From an uncultured Planctomycetia bacterium (GTDB lineage Bacteria; Planctomycetota; Planctomycetia; Pirellulales; PALSA-1355): 64,000 nucleotides of DNA. The notes under the pieces are model-generated. The model was not told the DNA's origin. It saw only the letters and a list, made by a program, of their open reading frames with translations, and did no database searches. This document shows, one piece after another, positions 1-8,100 of the stretch. Numbering within the stretch: the stretch's first letter is position 1; every line of letters begins with the position of its first letter. The stretch is from NCBI GenBank assembly GCA_963801675.1, contig CAWDFN010000001.1, forward strand, positions 4,311,069-4,375,068. Reading direction: 5' to 3'. Both the position numbers and the translations under genes were made by a program.

Positions 1-279
1 TTCCAATTGAATGCTGTCCAGAATGGCGGCGTTGTAGGCGTCGACGGGCTTCATTTCGGGGTGGAACGGCTGGGCCGCTTCGCCCCCTTCGCTGATCGCG
101 ATCCGGCTGCCCATGCCCGCGCCGAGTTCGTCGTAGACCACCAGGCATTCGCCGGTGGGCGATGCGTCGCCCGACAAATCGGCAAGCGTCAGCGGAATCG
201 CCAGGCGCAGCGACGCCGCGGCAAAGCTCGGGTGAGCACGGCTGAGGGTCACGGTTCCTATGACTTCGGCGATTCGCAT
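1..279 (-). CDS. BMC-P (EutN/CcmL family) microcompartment vertex protein, paralog 1; 3' end leaves the window
   Basis: Own reverse-strand translation from ATG at 277-279: [93 protein letters not shown], which is EutN/CcmL-like. It is absent from the ORF track because no stop codon lies inside the window. Confidence 0.8.
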   Translation of the reverse strand, partial: MRIAEVIGTVTLSRAHPSFAAASLRLAIPLTLADLSGDASPTGECLVVYDELGAGMGSRIAISEGGEAAQPFHPEMKPVDAYNAAILDSIQLE

Positions 280-1000
280 GGTGTTGGTTGTCTTTTGCTC
301 TGTTTATTCAAGTCGTTCGCGCAGGGCGCGGGTACTTGTTGTCGTCCGGCGTGGAACCAGGCGTACATAATTTGTTTCAATTCGAAGAGGCTTTTGGCGA
401 CTGGATCGATTACCAGCAGGTTTGCGGCGACGCTGGTCACGGCGGCAACGACGGTTTGCACATCGTTGCCGAGCGCCGCCCGCACGCCGCGTTGGCGATT
501 GGCCAGGCAGAGTGCCGCGGCGGTTTGCCCGGTGATCAGCAGCCCCATTTGGCCTCCCTTGACGATTGCGTCGCACAGTTCATCGATGACTCCGATCAAT
601 CCCAATTGCGGCAGCCGCTCGACGTGCACGCGATCGCGCGAGAGCACGTCGACCAGCGACGCCGGTTCATAATTGGTTTCCGCCACTGCCGATCACGAGT
701 TGTCGCCTGCCGGTCGATTTCGCGTTGGCCACGGCCGAGGCGATCGAAACCTGATGTTTTCTTGAGCACGTCGCGGGCGGCGGGCGTGAAAATCGCGCCG
801 CGCGGCACCACCAATCGCGTCACTCCGCTCAGCCGATCCTCCAGCTTCCGCCAGACTCACCACCTTGCAGGAGAGCACCAGTTCGGCGCCTGTGCACTGC
901 AAGTCGCCGGTTGTTGCCCGGCGGCAATTTCGGCCAACACTTCGCGCACGACGCGTTCGACGTCGGCCCGCCGCGCAAAACTGGTTCCTCCCTTGGCCAT
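258..1000 (-). CDS. BMC-operon protein with an RpiB/LacA/LacB-like C-terminal half and an N-terminal encapsulation-peptide-like helix; about 4 frameshifts as sequenced
   Basis: Own translation from ATG at 998-1000 gives [32 protein letters not shown]. It continues in other frames (ORFs 693..902, 596..823, 258..686): [20 protein letters not shown] / [29 protein letters not shown] / [24 protein letters not shown] / [14 protein letters not shown]...[48 protein letters not shown]. Frame breaks lie near 905, 848, 757-760 (T-run) and 690. The GxLIxG...GVRAAL block resembles RpiB-family isomerases. Confidence 0.55.
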
Positions 1001-1001
1001 A

Positions 1002-1260
1002 TCAATCCTGGATTCCCAACACGCTCCACCGTACCGGCGTGGTGTCGCTGCCCACCAGCGCCCGAGTGCCCTTGCCGTCGCTGGTCAACATCACGCGCTC
1101 GCCGCGGCCGGCGCCCAAGCGCGTCGATCGCCAGCACCGGCTCGCCGTCGGGCGTGCGGCCGTCGCGCCGTAAGAACTGCACGACCAGCAGCTTCCAGCC
1201 CTGCAGCGACGGATGCTTGACCGTCGACGTCGCGGTGCCGACCACTAGTCCGAGTTGCAT
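1002..1260 (-). CDS. BMC-P (EutN/CcmL family) vertex protein, paralog 2; 1 frameshift as sequenced
   Basis: [49 protein letters not shown] (ORF 829..1275). After dropping one base of the C-run at 1114-1116 it continues [36 protein letters not shown], with the stop at 1002-1004. Confidence 0.8.
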
Positions 1261-1293
1261 GCATTCGTTCATCAAGTCGTGGCCGATTGTCCG

Positions 1294-2743
1294 TTACTCT
1301 TCCCAAAATTCGCAAATCGTCGATCAGCGAGCAGCGGCGCTCGCGGGTGAACGTCAGCGGCGTGGTCACGCCTTCGCCGGTCGGCGTGGCGATCGAGAAC
1401 GACAGGTAGCCTTCGCCCCCCAGGCCCAGCGCCGCCATGCACGGGCCGTTCTTGACGAACAGCGTCGTGTCCATCGCCCGGCCCATCTTGGTCATGTTCC
1501 GCACGTTGTTCGAGTGAATGATGCTCGTGTGCCGGAAGCCGTGCTCGTAGTACTTGGCCTTCGCGATCGCCTCGTCGACGTCGCGGCACGCGGACGAACG
1601 GCACGAAGGGCATCATCTGCTCGACCGGCACGAACGGGTTCGACTCGTCGGTCTCGCCGAAGAGCAGCTCGGTCTCGGCGGGCACGTTCTTGCCGACGGC
1701 CGCGGCCAGCACGGCGGCGTCCTGGCCGATGAAATCCTTGGCGGCCACGTCGTGCTTGTGCGTCGCCTTCGCCGACCGTGGCGATGGCCACCTTCGTCAG
1801 GGCGTCGATCTCGCGGGCGTTGAGCCGCACGGCGCCGGCCCGGTCCATCGCCGCCAGCATCGCGTCGAACACCTCGGCGACGACGAAGACTTCCTTCTCG
1901 GCGATGCACAGCAGGTTGTTGTCGTAGGCGCCGCCCTGGATGATCGCAGCGGGCGGCCCGGTCCGAGGTCGGCCGTTTCATCGACCACGACCGGCGGATT
2001 GCCCGGCCCGGCGACGATCGCCCGCTTGCCGCTGTTGCATGGCCGCCCGGGCCACGGCCGGGCCGCCGGTGACGCAGATCAGCTTGACGCCGCGATGGTC
2101 GAAGATCGCGTCGGCCGATTCGAGCGTCGGCTCGGCGATGACGCAGATCAGATTGTCGATGCCCAGGTCGCGGTAGATCGCCTCGTTGAAGCGGCGCACG
2201 CCCTCGGCCGCCACGCGCTTGCCGCTGGGATGCGGATTGACGACCAGCGTGTTGCCGCCGGCGATCATGCTGACGGCGTTGCCGGTGATCGTCGGCAGCG
2301 AGTGCGTGACCGGCGTGATGGCGCCGATCACGCCGAACGGGGCGTGCTCGATGACCGCCAGGCCGTGATCGCCGCTGAAGACCTCGCTGCGCAGAAACTC
2401 GACGCCGGGCGTGCGCTCGCCGAGCGTCTTGAGCTTTTCGATCTTGTGCGTCCAGCCGGCCGATCTTGGTTTCTTCCATCTCCATCGTGCCCAGCTCGAC
2501 GCGACTGCTCGATCGAGATGCGGCGGATGTGGTCGATGATCCGCTTGCGGTCTTCGATGCGTGCGCTCGCTGAGCTGCTCGAAGGCCTCGGTGGCGGCCG
2601 CCACGGCTTCGTCGACGCAGGTGAAGACGCCGAAGCGGCCGGCGTAGCCGCGGCCGCTGACCGGCGGCGCGGCGGCACCGTGCCCATGCGCGGCCAGCAC
2701 TTGCTTGCACGACGCTGCGAATGAGTTCTTCGGTGACTTGCAT
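1294..2743 (-). CDS. Acylating (CoA-dependent) aldehyde dehydrogenase, PduP/EutE-like BMC core enzyme; at least 8 frameshifts as sequenced
   Basis: Pieces in all three minus frames (ORFs 1613..2743, tail of 1978..4311, 1492..1872, 1272..1748, 1091..1504) concatenate to [20 protein letters not shown]...[20 protein letters not shown]...[40 protein letters not shown]...[15 protein letters not shown]...[30 protein letters not shown] (catalytic Cys context)...[10 protein letters not shown]...[60 protein letters not shown]. The 3' end is uncertain (stop at 1294 or 1272, depending on the frame repair). Confidence 0.8.
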
Positions 2744-2789
2744 GGTGATTCGATATCCCTGGTCGAGTGGTCGAGTGAGTCGTTGTGGT

Positions 2790-3111
2790 TCAGCGTAGTC
2801 TGTCTTCGCGGCTGAAGACGCAGTTGTGGTCGACGTGCACCGTGTCGACGATGCCGATGATGACGGTGTCGACCGGCAGGTTCTTGGTTTCCGGCGTGAG
2901 CCGGGCGCTCGAGCCTTGCGTGATCAGCACGAACTCGCCCTCGCCGGCGCCGACGGTGTCGACGGCCACGAACGTGCGGCCGGTGGTCGACCAGCCGGTC
3001 GCGATCCTGCGGATCGACGCGATACGGCTCGACGACCAGCAGCTTGTGGCCGACCATCGAGTCGACCTTTTGCGTGGCCACGAGCGAGCCGGTGACTTTG
3101 GCGACGAACAT
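2790..3111 (-). CDS. BMC-P (EutN/CcmL family) vertex protein, paralog 3; 1 frameshift as sequenced
   Basis: [31 protein letters not shown] (inside ORF 1978..4311) continues in the frame of ORF 2790..3392: [65 protein letters not shown]. The frame break is near 3010. Confidence 0.8.
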
Positions 3112-3115
3112 GATA

Positions 3116-4311
3116 TTAGCCTTTCGAGAAGTAGTTTGCGCCTGCCGGGCGACGATGAACTCTTCGTTGGTCGGCACGACCCAAATTTGCACGCGGCTGT
3201 TCGGCGGCGCTGATCTTCGCCTCGCCCTTGGCCGTGGCGTTGGCGGCCGGGTCGAGCACGATGCCCAGCTCTTCGAGCCCGGCGGCAGACGGCCGCGCGG
3301 ATGTGGACGCCGTTCTCGCCGATGCCGCCGGTGAAGACGATCGCGTCGGCGCCGCCCAGCTCGACCAGCATCGCGCCCAGGTAGTGCCGCATGTCGGACG
3401 CGAAGACGTCGAGCGCCAGCCGTGCCCGCGCGTTGCCCCGCGGCGGCCGCTTCCTCCAGATCGCGCACGTCGCCGCTGACGCCGCTTAGGCCCAGCAGCC
3501 CGCTGCGCTCGGCCAGGTCGTCGAGCACTTCGTCCAGCGACTTGCCGGTGTGCTTCATGATCACGCGGCAAGGCGAACGGATCGAAGTCGCCCGACGCGG
3601 TTGTTCTGCGGCAAGCCCGACTGCGGGCTCATGCCCATCGCTGGTGGCCACGCTCTGGCCGTCGCGAATGGCGCACAGCGAGCTCGAGCCGCCCAGGTGG
3701 CAGGAGATGATCCGCAGGTCGTTGCGGCCGAGCAGCTCGGCCGTCCGCGTCGGCGATGTAGCGATGGCTGGCGCCGTGAAAGCCCCAGCGCTTGACGTGA
3801 TACTTCTCGGCCCACTCGTACGGAGCCGGCGTAGTAGCGGTTGCGGTCGGGAATCGTGTGATGAAAGCCGGTCTCGAACGCCGCCACCAGCGGAATCTCC
3901 GGCAGCTTTTCGCTCAGCAGCCGCATGGCCGCGATGTAGGGCGGATTGTGGGCCGGCGCGACTTCGCTCATCTCTTCCATCGCCGCCAGCACCTCGGCCG
4001 TGACCCGCTGCACGCCGCTGATACGTCCGCCATGCACCGCCTTGAAGCCGATGGCCGACACTTCGGCGGCGTCCTTCAGGCAGCCGCGTTCGCGGATCGG
4101 TCAGCTGCTCCAGGCACTGGCGCACCGCCACGGCATGATCGGGCACGCGCGCCGTCAACTCGCGCTGCGCGCCGCCGATCTCGACGACGCAACGGCTTTC
4201 CGGCGAGCCGATCCGCTCGACGCCGCCGCGCGCAAGCTGCCGCTCGTCGGCCATGTCGAACAGCCGGTACTTGAAGCTCGTCGAGCCGAGGTTGGCGACG
4301 AGGATCTTCAT
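3116..4311 (-). CDS. ackA: Acetate kinase; at least 7 frameshifts as sequenced
   Basis: [20 protein letters not shown]...; [76 protein letters not shown]; [22 protein letters not shown]; [22 protein letters not shown]; [13 protein letters not shown]. The pieces are spread over ORFs 1978..4311, 3561..4061, 3116..3571 and 2790..3392. Confidence 0.8.
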
Positions 4312-4344
4312 CGATCTTCGCGGCGTTGGTCCTTGCGTGTCCGT

Positions 4345-4630
4345 CTAGCGAAGCGACTTTACGACGAGATACGCCGCGACCAGACCTTCGGCGGGCCGCG
4401 GAATGACGTGGCTGGCGACCAGTTCGCCGACTCTGGGTGGCGGCCGCGGCGCCGGCTTCGACGGCGGCCCGCACGCTGCCGACGTCGCCGCGGACGACGG
4501 TGGTCACGTAGGCGCCGCCGATGGAGATGCGCTTGACGATCTCGACGTTGGCCGCCTTGGCCATGGCGTCGGTGGCTTCGACCAGCGCGATCAAGCCCTT
4601 GGTTTCAATCAGTCCGATTGCCGTATTCAT
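4345..4630 (-). CDS. BMC-H hexameric shell protein (PduA/EutM-type BMC domain); 1 frameshift as sequenced
   Basis: [66 protein letters not shown], then after a one-base repair near 4432 [28 protein letters not shown]. The stop is at 4345-4347. Confidence 0.85.
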
Positions 4631-4977
4631 GCGAGTTGTCCTTGTTGACGTGTTGTGTTGACGGTGTTTGGAGTGTGAGTGACGTTGACTTTTTGCGCGG
4701 ACTCGGGCAGGACGATGCCCAGGTCGTCGTGCGGACGCGGAATGACTTGCACGCTGACGACTTCGCCGATGCGGCCGGCCGCGGCGGCGCCGGCATCGGT
4801 GGCGGCTTTCACCGCGGCCACGTCGCCGGTGACGAACGCGGTCACCAGACCGCTGCCGACTTTGTCCCAGCCGAGGAACTGCACGTTGGCCGCTTTCATC
4901 ATCGCGTCGCTGGCTTCGACCAGGGCGACGAAGCCCTTGGTCTCGATCATGCCGAGCGCTTCCACTGTCTTTGCCAT
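4627..4977 (-). CDS. BMC-H hexameric shell protein with a C-terminal tail; intact
   Basis: [86 protein letters not shown]... (tail of ORF 4627..5316). Its stop overlaps the start of the next BMC-H gene. Confidence 0.9.
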   Translation of the reverse strand: MAKTVEALGMIETKGFVALVEASDAMMKAANVQFLGWDKVGSGLVTAFVTGDVAAVKAATDAGAAAAGRIGEVVSVQVIPRPHDDLGIVLPESAQKVNVTHTPNTVNTTRQQGQLA

Positions 4978-5039
4978 CTGAGGGTCTCCGGAGAAAAAAG
5001 GAAAAGGTAGTTGTTTCAACCGCTTGTTAATTGGGGGTG

Positions 5040-5723
5040 TTATCGCTGCTTGAACAGTTCGACCTTCGTCGCGTGATCCAGGTCGGCCGCGTTGCCTTCG
5101 TCGGTGTCGATGTGGACTTCGAGCTTGCTGGTCTCGTCGGCCCGCACCAGCAGGTCTTCGAACACCGGCGTGCAGGTGCCCTCGATCCGCAGGTTCATGC
5201 GGTCGCCGTTCTTGACGCCGTAGCGGGCCGCGTGCTCGAGGCTCATGTGGACGTGCCGCTCGGCGCGGATCACGCCCTCGTTCAACTCGACGACGCCGCG
5301 CGGGCCCGACCAGCACGCAGCCGGGCGTGCCGGCGATCTTGCCGCTGGCGCGGACCGGCAGCGTCGATGCCCAGCGAAATGCCGTCGGTGAACGCCAGCT
5401 CGACCTGGCTGTGCGGCCGCGTCGGGCCGAGCACGCGGACCGTGGGCAGCATGCCGGCGCCGCGGGCCGACGACCATCACCGTTTCCTCGGCCGCGAAGA
5501 ATCCATCCTGATACAGCGGCTTTTGAACGGTCAGCTTGTGGCCCGGGCCGAACAGCGTCTCGACGTGCTCGTCGGTCAGGTGCAGATGCCGGGCCGAGAT
5601 GCTGACGACCAGGTCGCTGCCGCCGCGTTTGCTGCTGCCCGCTTGCGCGGTGAGCGTGCCGAGCACGACTTCGCGCACGATTTGTTCGACGGTCGAGCGA
5701 TCGATGGCGGCGGACATGCTCAT
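5040..5723 (-). CDS. pduL: PduL-type phosphate acyltransferase (phosphotransacylase); two compensating frameshifts in the middle
   Basis: ORF 5040..5723 reads N-terminally [26 protein letters not shown]...[42 protein letters not shown] and C-terminally [63 protein letters not shown]. This is the duplicated PduL RHxH repeat. The central ~60 codons (about 5300-5470) read as Arg/Pro-rich nonsense. Confidence 0.8.
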   Translation of the reverse strand: MSMSAAIDRSTVEQIVREVVLGTLTAQAGSSKRGGSDLVVSISARHLHLTDEHVETLFGPGHKLTVQKPLYQDGFFAAEETVMVVGPRRRHAAHGPRARPDAAAQPGRAGVHRRHFAGHRRCRSAPAARSPARPAACWSGPRGVVELNEGVIRAERHVHMSLEHAARYGVKNGDRMNLRIEGTCTPVFEDLLVRADETSKLEVHIDTDEGNAADLDHATKVELFKQR

Positions 5724-6518
5724 GGTCGTTGCTCGGGTGCTAGGCGTTGTTGGTCGATTTCGGCGACGTGCAACTCAAGTCCTGCGGCGGCGGCTTTGTC
5801 GCGCCATTCGGCGGAAATTTCGGCGATCGACGACCAGGTGGTGCGACGTCGCCGAGCGGGCACAGATGGGCCAGGCTCTGGCGGCCGAACTTCGTGCTGT
5901 CGGCCACGACGATCACTTCGTCGGCGGCGTGCATCATGGCCCGTTCGGTTTCGACCAGCAGCAGATTGCTGTTGAAGAAGCCCCGCTCGTTGATGCCCGA
6001 CGACGCTGAGGATCGTGCGCCGCACGTTGAGCCGCGCGAGCATTTCGTTGGCATACGGCCCCAGCGCGACGCCGGTCCGCGGATAGACGTAGCCGCCGAC
6101 CAGCACCAGGTCGTTGTTGGCGTTCGAGGCGAACAGGTTGGCCACCGGCAGCGAGTTGGTGACGATTTGCAGCGGGCGGCCGACCAGCAGCCGGGCGACT
6201 TCGTAGGTCGTGCTGCCGCCGTCGAGCAGCACGGTGTCGCCGTCCTCGATCAGCTTGACGGCTTCCTGCGGCAATGGCTTTCTTCTTGTCCCACTGGGCC
6301 GGCTGGCGTTCGTCGAAGTGGGGCAGCTTGGGCGAGGGGCCGGTGTAGAAGACGCCGCCGTGGGTTCGCTTAGCCGTGCCAACGTCTTCCAGGTAATCCA
6401 GATCGCGGCGGATGGTGGACTCGGAAACTTTCAATTGATCGGCCAGTTCGGGCAGCGACGCAAACCCTTTGGATCGCACCATTTCGAGCAACTGATTCCG
6501 GCGTTCGTCGACGAGCAA
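5720..6518 (-). CDS. DeoR-family transcriptional regulator at the head of the BMC operon; 3-4 frameshifts as sequenced
   Basis: [55 protein letters not shown] (HTH); [33 protein letters not shown]...[34 protein letters not shown]; [46 protein letters not shown]. The pieces come from ORFs 5934..6518, 5720..6382 and 5740..6054. Confidence 0.8.
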
Positions 6519-6547
6519 GGGAGTTGCGCCTGGAAGCCTGATGAGAT

Positions 6548-6634
6548 GAAATGCGATAACTACTTCAAGTATGTCCGTTTTTTAGGTGGAAATCAATCAC
6601 TGGTGCGCTTGGCATGATAGAAATCTGTCATTTC
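6548..6634. promoter_or_regulatory. AT-rich divergent control region with three phased GAAAT motifs and the palindrome GAAATCTGTCATTTC (6620-6634); candidate DeoR operator
   Basis: GAAAT occurs at 6548, 6589 and 6620 (spacings 41 and 31 nt). The third copy is the left arm of GAAAT-ctgtc-ATTTC, flanked by TGATA repeats. The region lies between divergent deoR and the GNAT gene. There is no experimental support. Confidence 0.25.
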
Positions 6635-6749
6635 CGTGATAATTTCTTGGTTTCATTGTGATAAAGAACGGTCGAATAAGGGCTTAAGAGTGGTGGGTTT
6701 GCCGGTCGTCGCTGGCGATTCGCCGGACGAAGCGCAAGAATCAAGGGTC

Positions 6750-7256
6750 ATGGCCACGGTTCTACAACTGACGCGCGAACTCTTGGAGCGGCCGGTGGCG
6801 ACGCCGATCGCAGGTGTTCGACTGCGTCATTTCGGCGGGCCGGACGACGTCGAAGTGTGGCTCGAGTTGCGCCGCCGCGCGTTTTCGCGGCAGAAGCTGG
6901 GCGTGGGCGATTGGGATGCGGCGGATTTCGAACGCGAGTTTCTCCGCAAAAGTTGGTGGCGGCCCGAGGCCATGTGGTTTGCCGAAGCGCAGCGACTGCC
7001 GCTGGCGCCGCATGCGCCCGTGGGCACGGTGACGTTGGCCCGGCGGGGCGATTCGTCGGATGCCAAGCCGGTCGTGCATTGGCTGGCCGTGCTGGGCAGC
7101 GATCGACGGCGCGGAGTGGGGCGGCTGCTGATGGCGACGCTGGAAACGGCCGTGTGGGACGCCGGCGGCCGGCAAGTGTGGCTGGAGACGCACATTGCGT
7201 GGGAGGAAGCGGCTCGGCTGTACGAGTCGCTGGGTTACCGGCCCGTGCGCGAGTGA
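6750..7256 (+). CDS. GNAT-family N-acetyltransferase
   Basis: MATVLQLTRELLERPVATPIAGVRLRHFGGPDDVEVWLELRRRAF...VGTVTLARRG...HWLAVLGSDRRRGVGRLLMATLETAVWDAGGRQVWLETHIAWEEAARLYESLGYRPV. The RRRGVGRLL block fits the acetyl-CoA-binding motif. The start was chosen at ATG 6750 inside ORF 6636..7256. Confidence 0.7.
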   Translation: MATVLQLTRELLERPVATPIAGVRLRHFGGPDDVEVWLELRRRAFSRQKLGVGDWDAADFEREFLRKSWWRPEAMWFAEAQRLPLAPHAPVGTVTLARRGDSSDAKPVVHWLAVLGSDRRRGVGRLLMATLETAVWDAGGRQVWLETHIAWEEAARLYESLGYRPVRE

Positions 7257-7324
7257 GCGCCACACAGCGATCGTCCCAGTCCGTCACAACATTATTCTAG
7301 TGCAAACGACAAGCGGCTAGGACT

Positions 7325-7449
7325 GGGTGGCCCAGACAACTTGTTGTCTGGGTCCCGAAGGGACAAGAGGATCTCGAGAGGTGTGCGCCCCCCCCTCAAA
7401 CACTTCTTATTGCTTCGCAACACCGACAACAAGTTGTCGGTGCCACCCC
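7325..7449 (+). repeat. Copy A of a ~125-nt nested-palindrome intergenic element
   Basis: GGGTGGC-CCAGACAACTTGTTGTCTGG-GTC-CCGAAGGGACAAGAGG-(35-nt core containing a C8 run)-CTTATTGCTTCG-CAACA-CCGACAACAAGTTGTCGG-T-GCCACCCC. It lies between the convergent GNAT and purN genes. Confidence 0.9.
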
Positions 7450-7458
7450 GTTTGGGTT

Positions 7459-8100
7459 TTAACGAATCACGACGCGCCGGCCTTCGACCGTCACCTGGCC
7501 GCTGGCGAGCCGGCGCAGGGCCTCGGGGTAGGCTTCGCATTCGGCGGCGAAGACGCGGGCGGCGAGCGTGTCGGGCGTGTCGTCGTCGAGCACGGGCACG
7601 ATTTTCTGCAAAATGATCGGGCCGTGGTCGTACTCGTTGTCGACAAAGTGGACTGTGCAGCCGCTCACCTTGGCGCCATATTCCAACACGGCTTCGTGCA
7701 CGTGATGGCCGTAGAAACCCTTGCCGCAGAAGGCAGGAATCAAGGCGGGATGGATGTTGAGCACGCGATTTTCGAAATCGGGCGGAATCGGCACGTAGGT
7801 CAGGAACCCGCCCATCACGACCCATGGAGCGTCGGTCGAGCGGCAGGCAGCAAAAATTTCGTCGCTGTAGGCCTGGTCGGTGCTGAACTTCGAGCGGTCG
7901 ACGACTTGCGTGCGAATGCCGGCCTCGGCGGCGATTTGCAGGCCGCGGGCCTGGGGGTTGCTGGAGATGACCAGCGCAATCTGGGCGTCGAGCTGGCCGG
8001 CGGCAATCTTTTCGAGCAGGTTCTTCAGCGTCGTGCCGCCGCCGGAAATCAGCACGACCAGGCGCAGGGCGGATTCGTGTTGACTCGACGTCTTGCTCAC
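7459..8100 (-). CDS. purN: Phosphoribosylglycinamide formyltransferase
   Basis: Intact ORF with LVVLISGGGTTLKNLL and NIHPALIPAFCGKGFYGHHVHEAVLEYGAKVSGCTVHFVDNEYDHGPII. Its start overlaps the ileS stop by 4 nt. Confidence 0.9.
   Translation of the reverse strand: MSKTSSQHESALRLVVLISGGGTTLKNLLEKIAAGQLDAQIALVISSNPQARGLQIAAEAGIRTQVVDRSKFSTDQAYSDEIFAACRSTDAPWVVMGGFLTYVPIPPDFENRVLNIHPALIPAFCGKGFYGHHVHEAVLEYGAKVSGCTVHFVDNEYDHGPIILQKIVPVLDDDTPDTLAARVFAAECEAYPEALRRLASGQVTVEGRRVVIR

Noticed and set aside
1978-4311. A single 777-aa ORF that looks like an acetate kinase-EutN-aldehyde dehydrogenase fusion.
   Set aside because: The translation alternates between sensible and nonsense stretches. It crosses the real stop/start junctions (3116/3111 and 2790/2743) only because indels shift the frames. 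It is a read-through artefact, not a fusion protein.
7325-7449. The four repeat copies as integron attC sites / gene cassettes.
   Set aside because: The arms do not fit the attC core sites (RYYYAAC / GTTRRRY). The copies are 6-30 kb apart rather than arrayed with single promoterless cassettes. No integrase is present.
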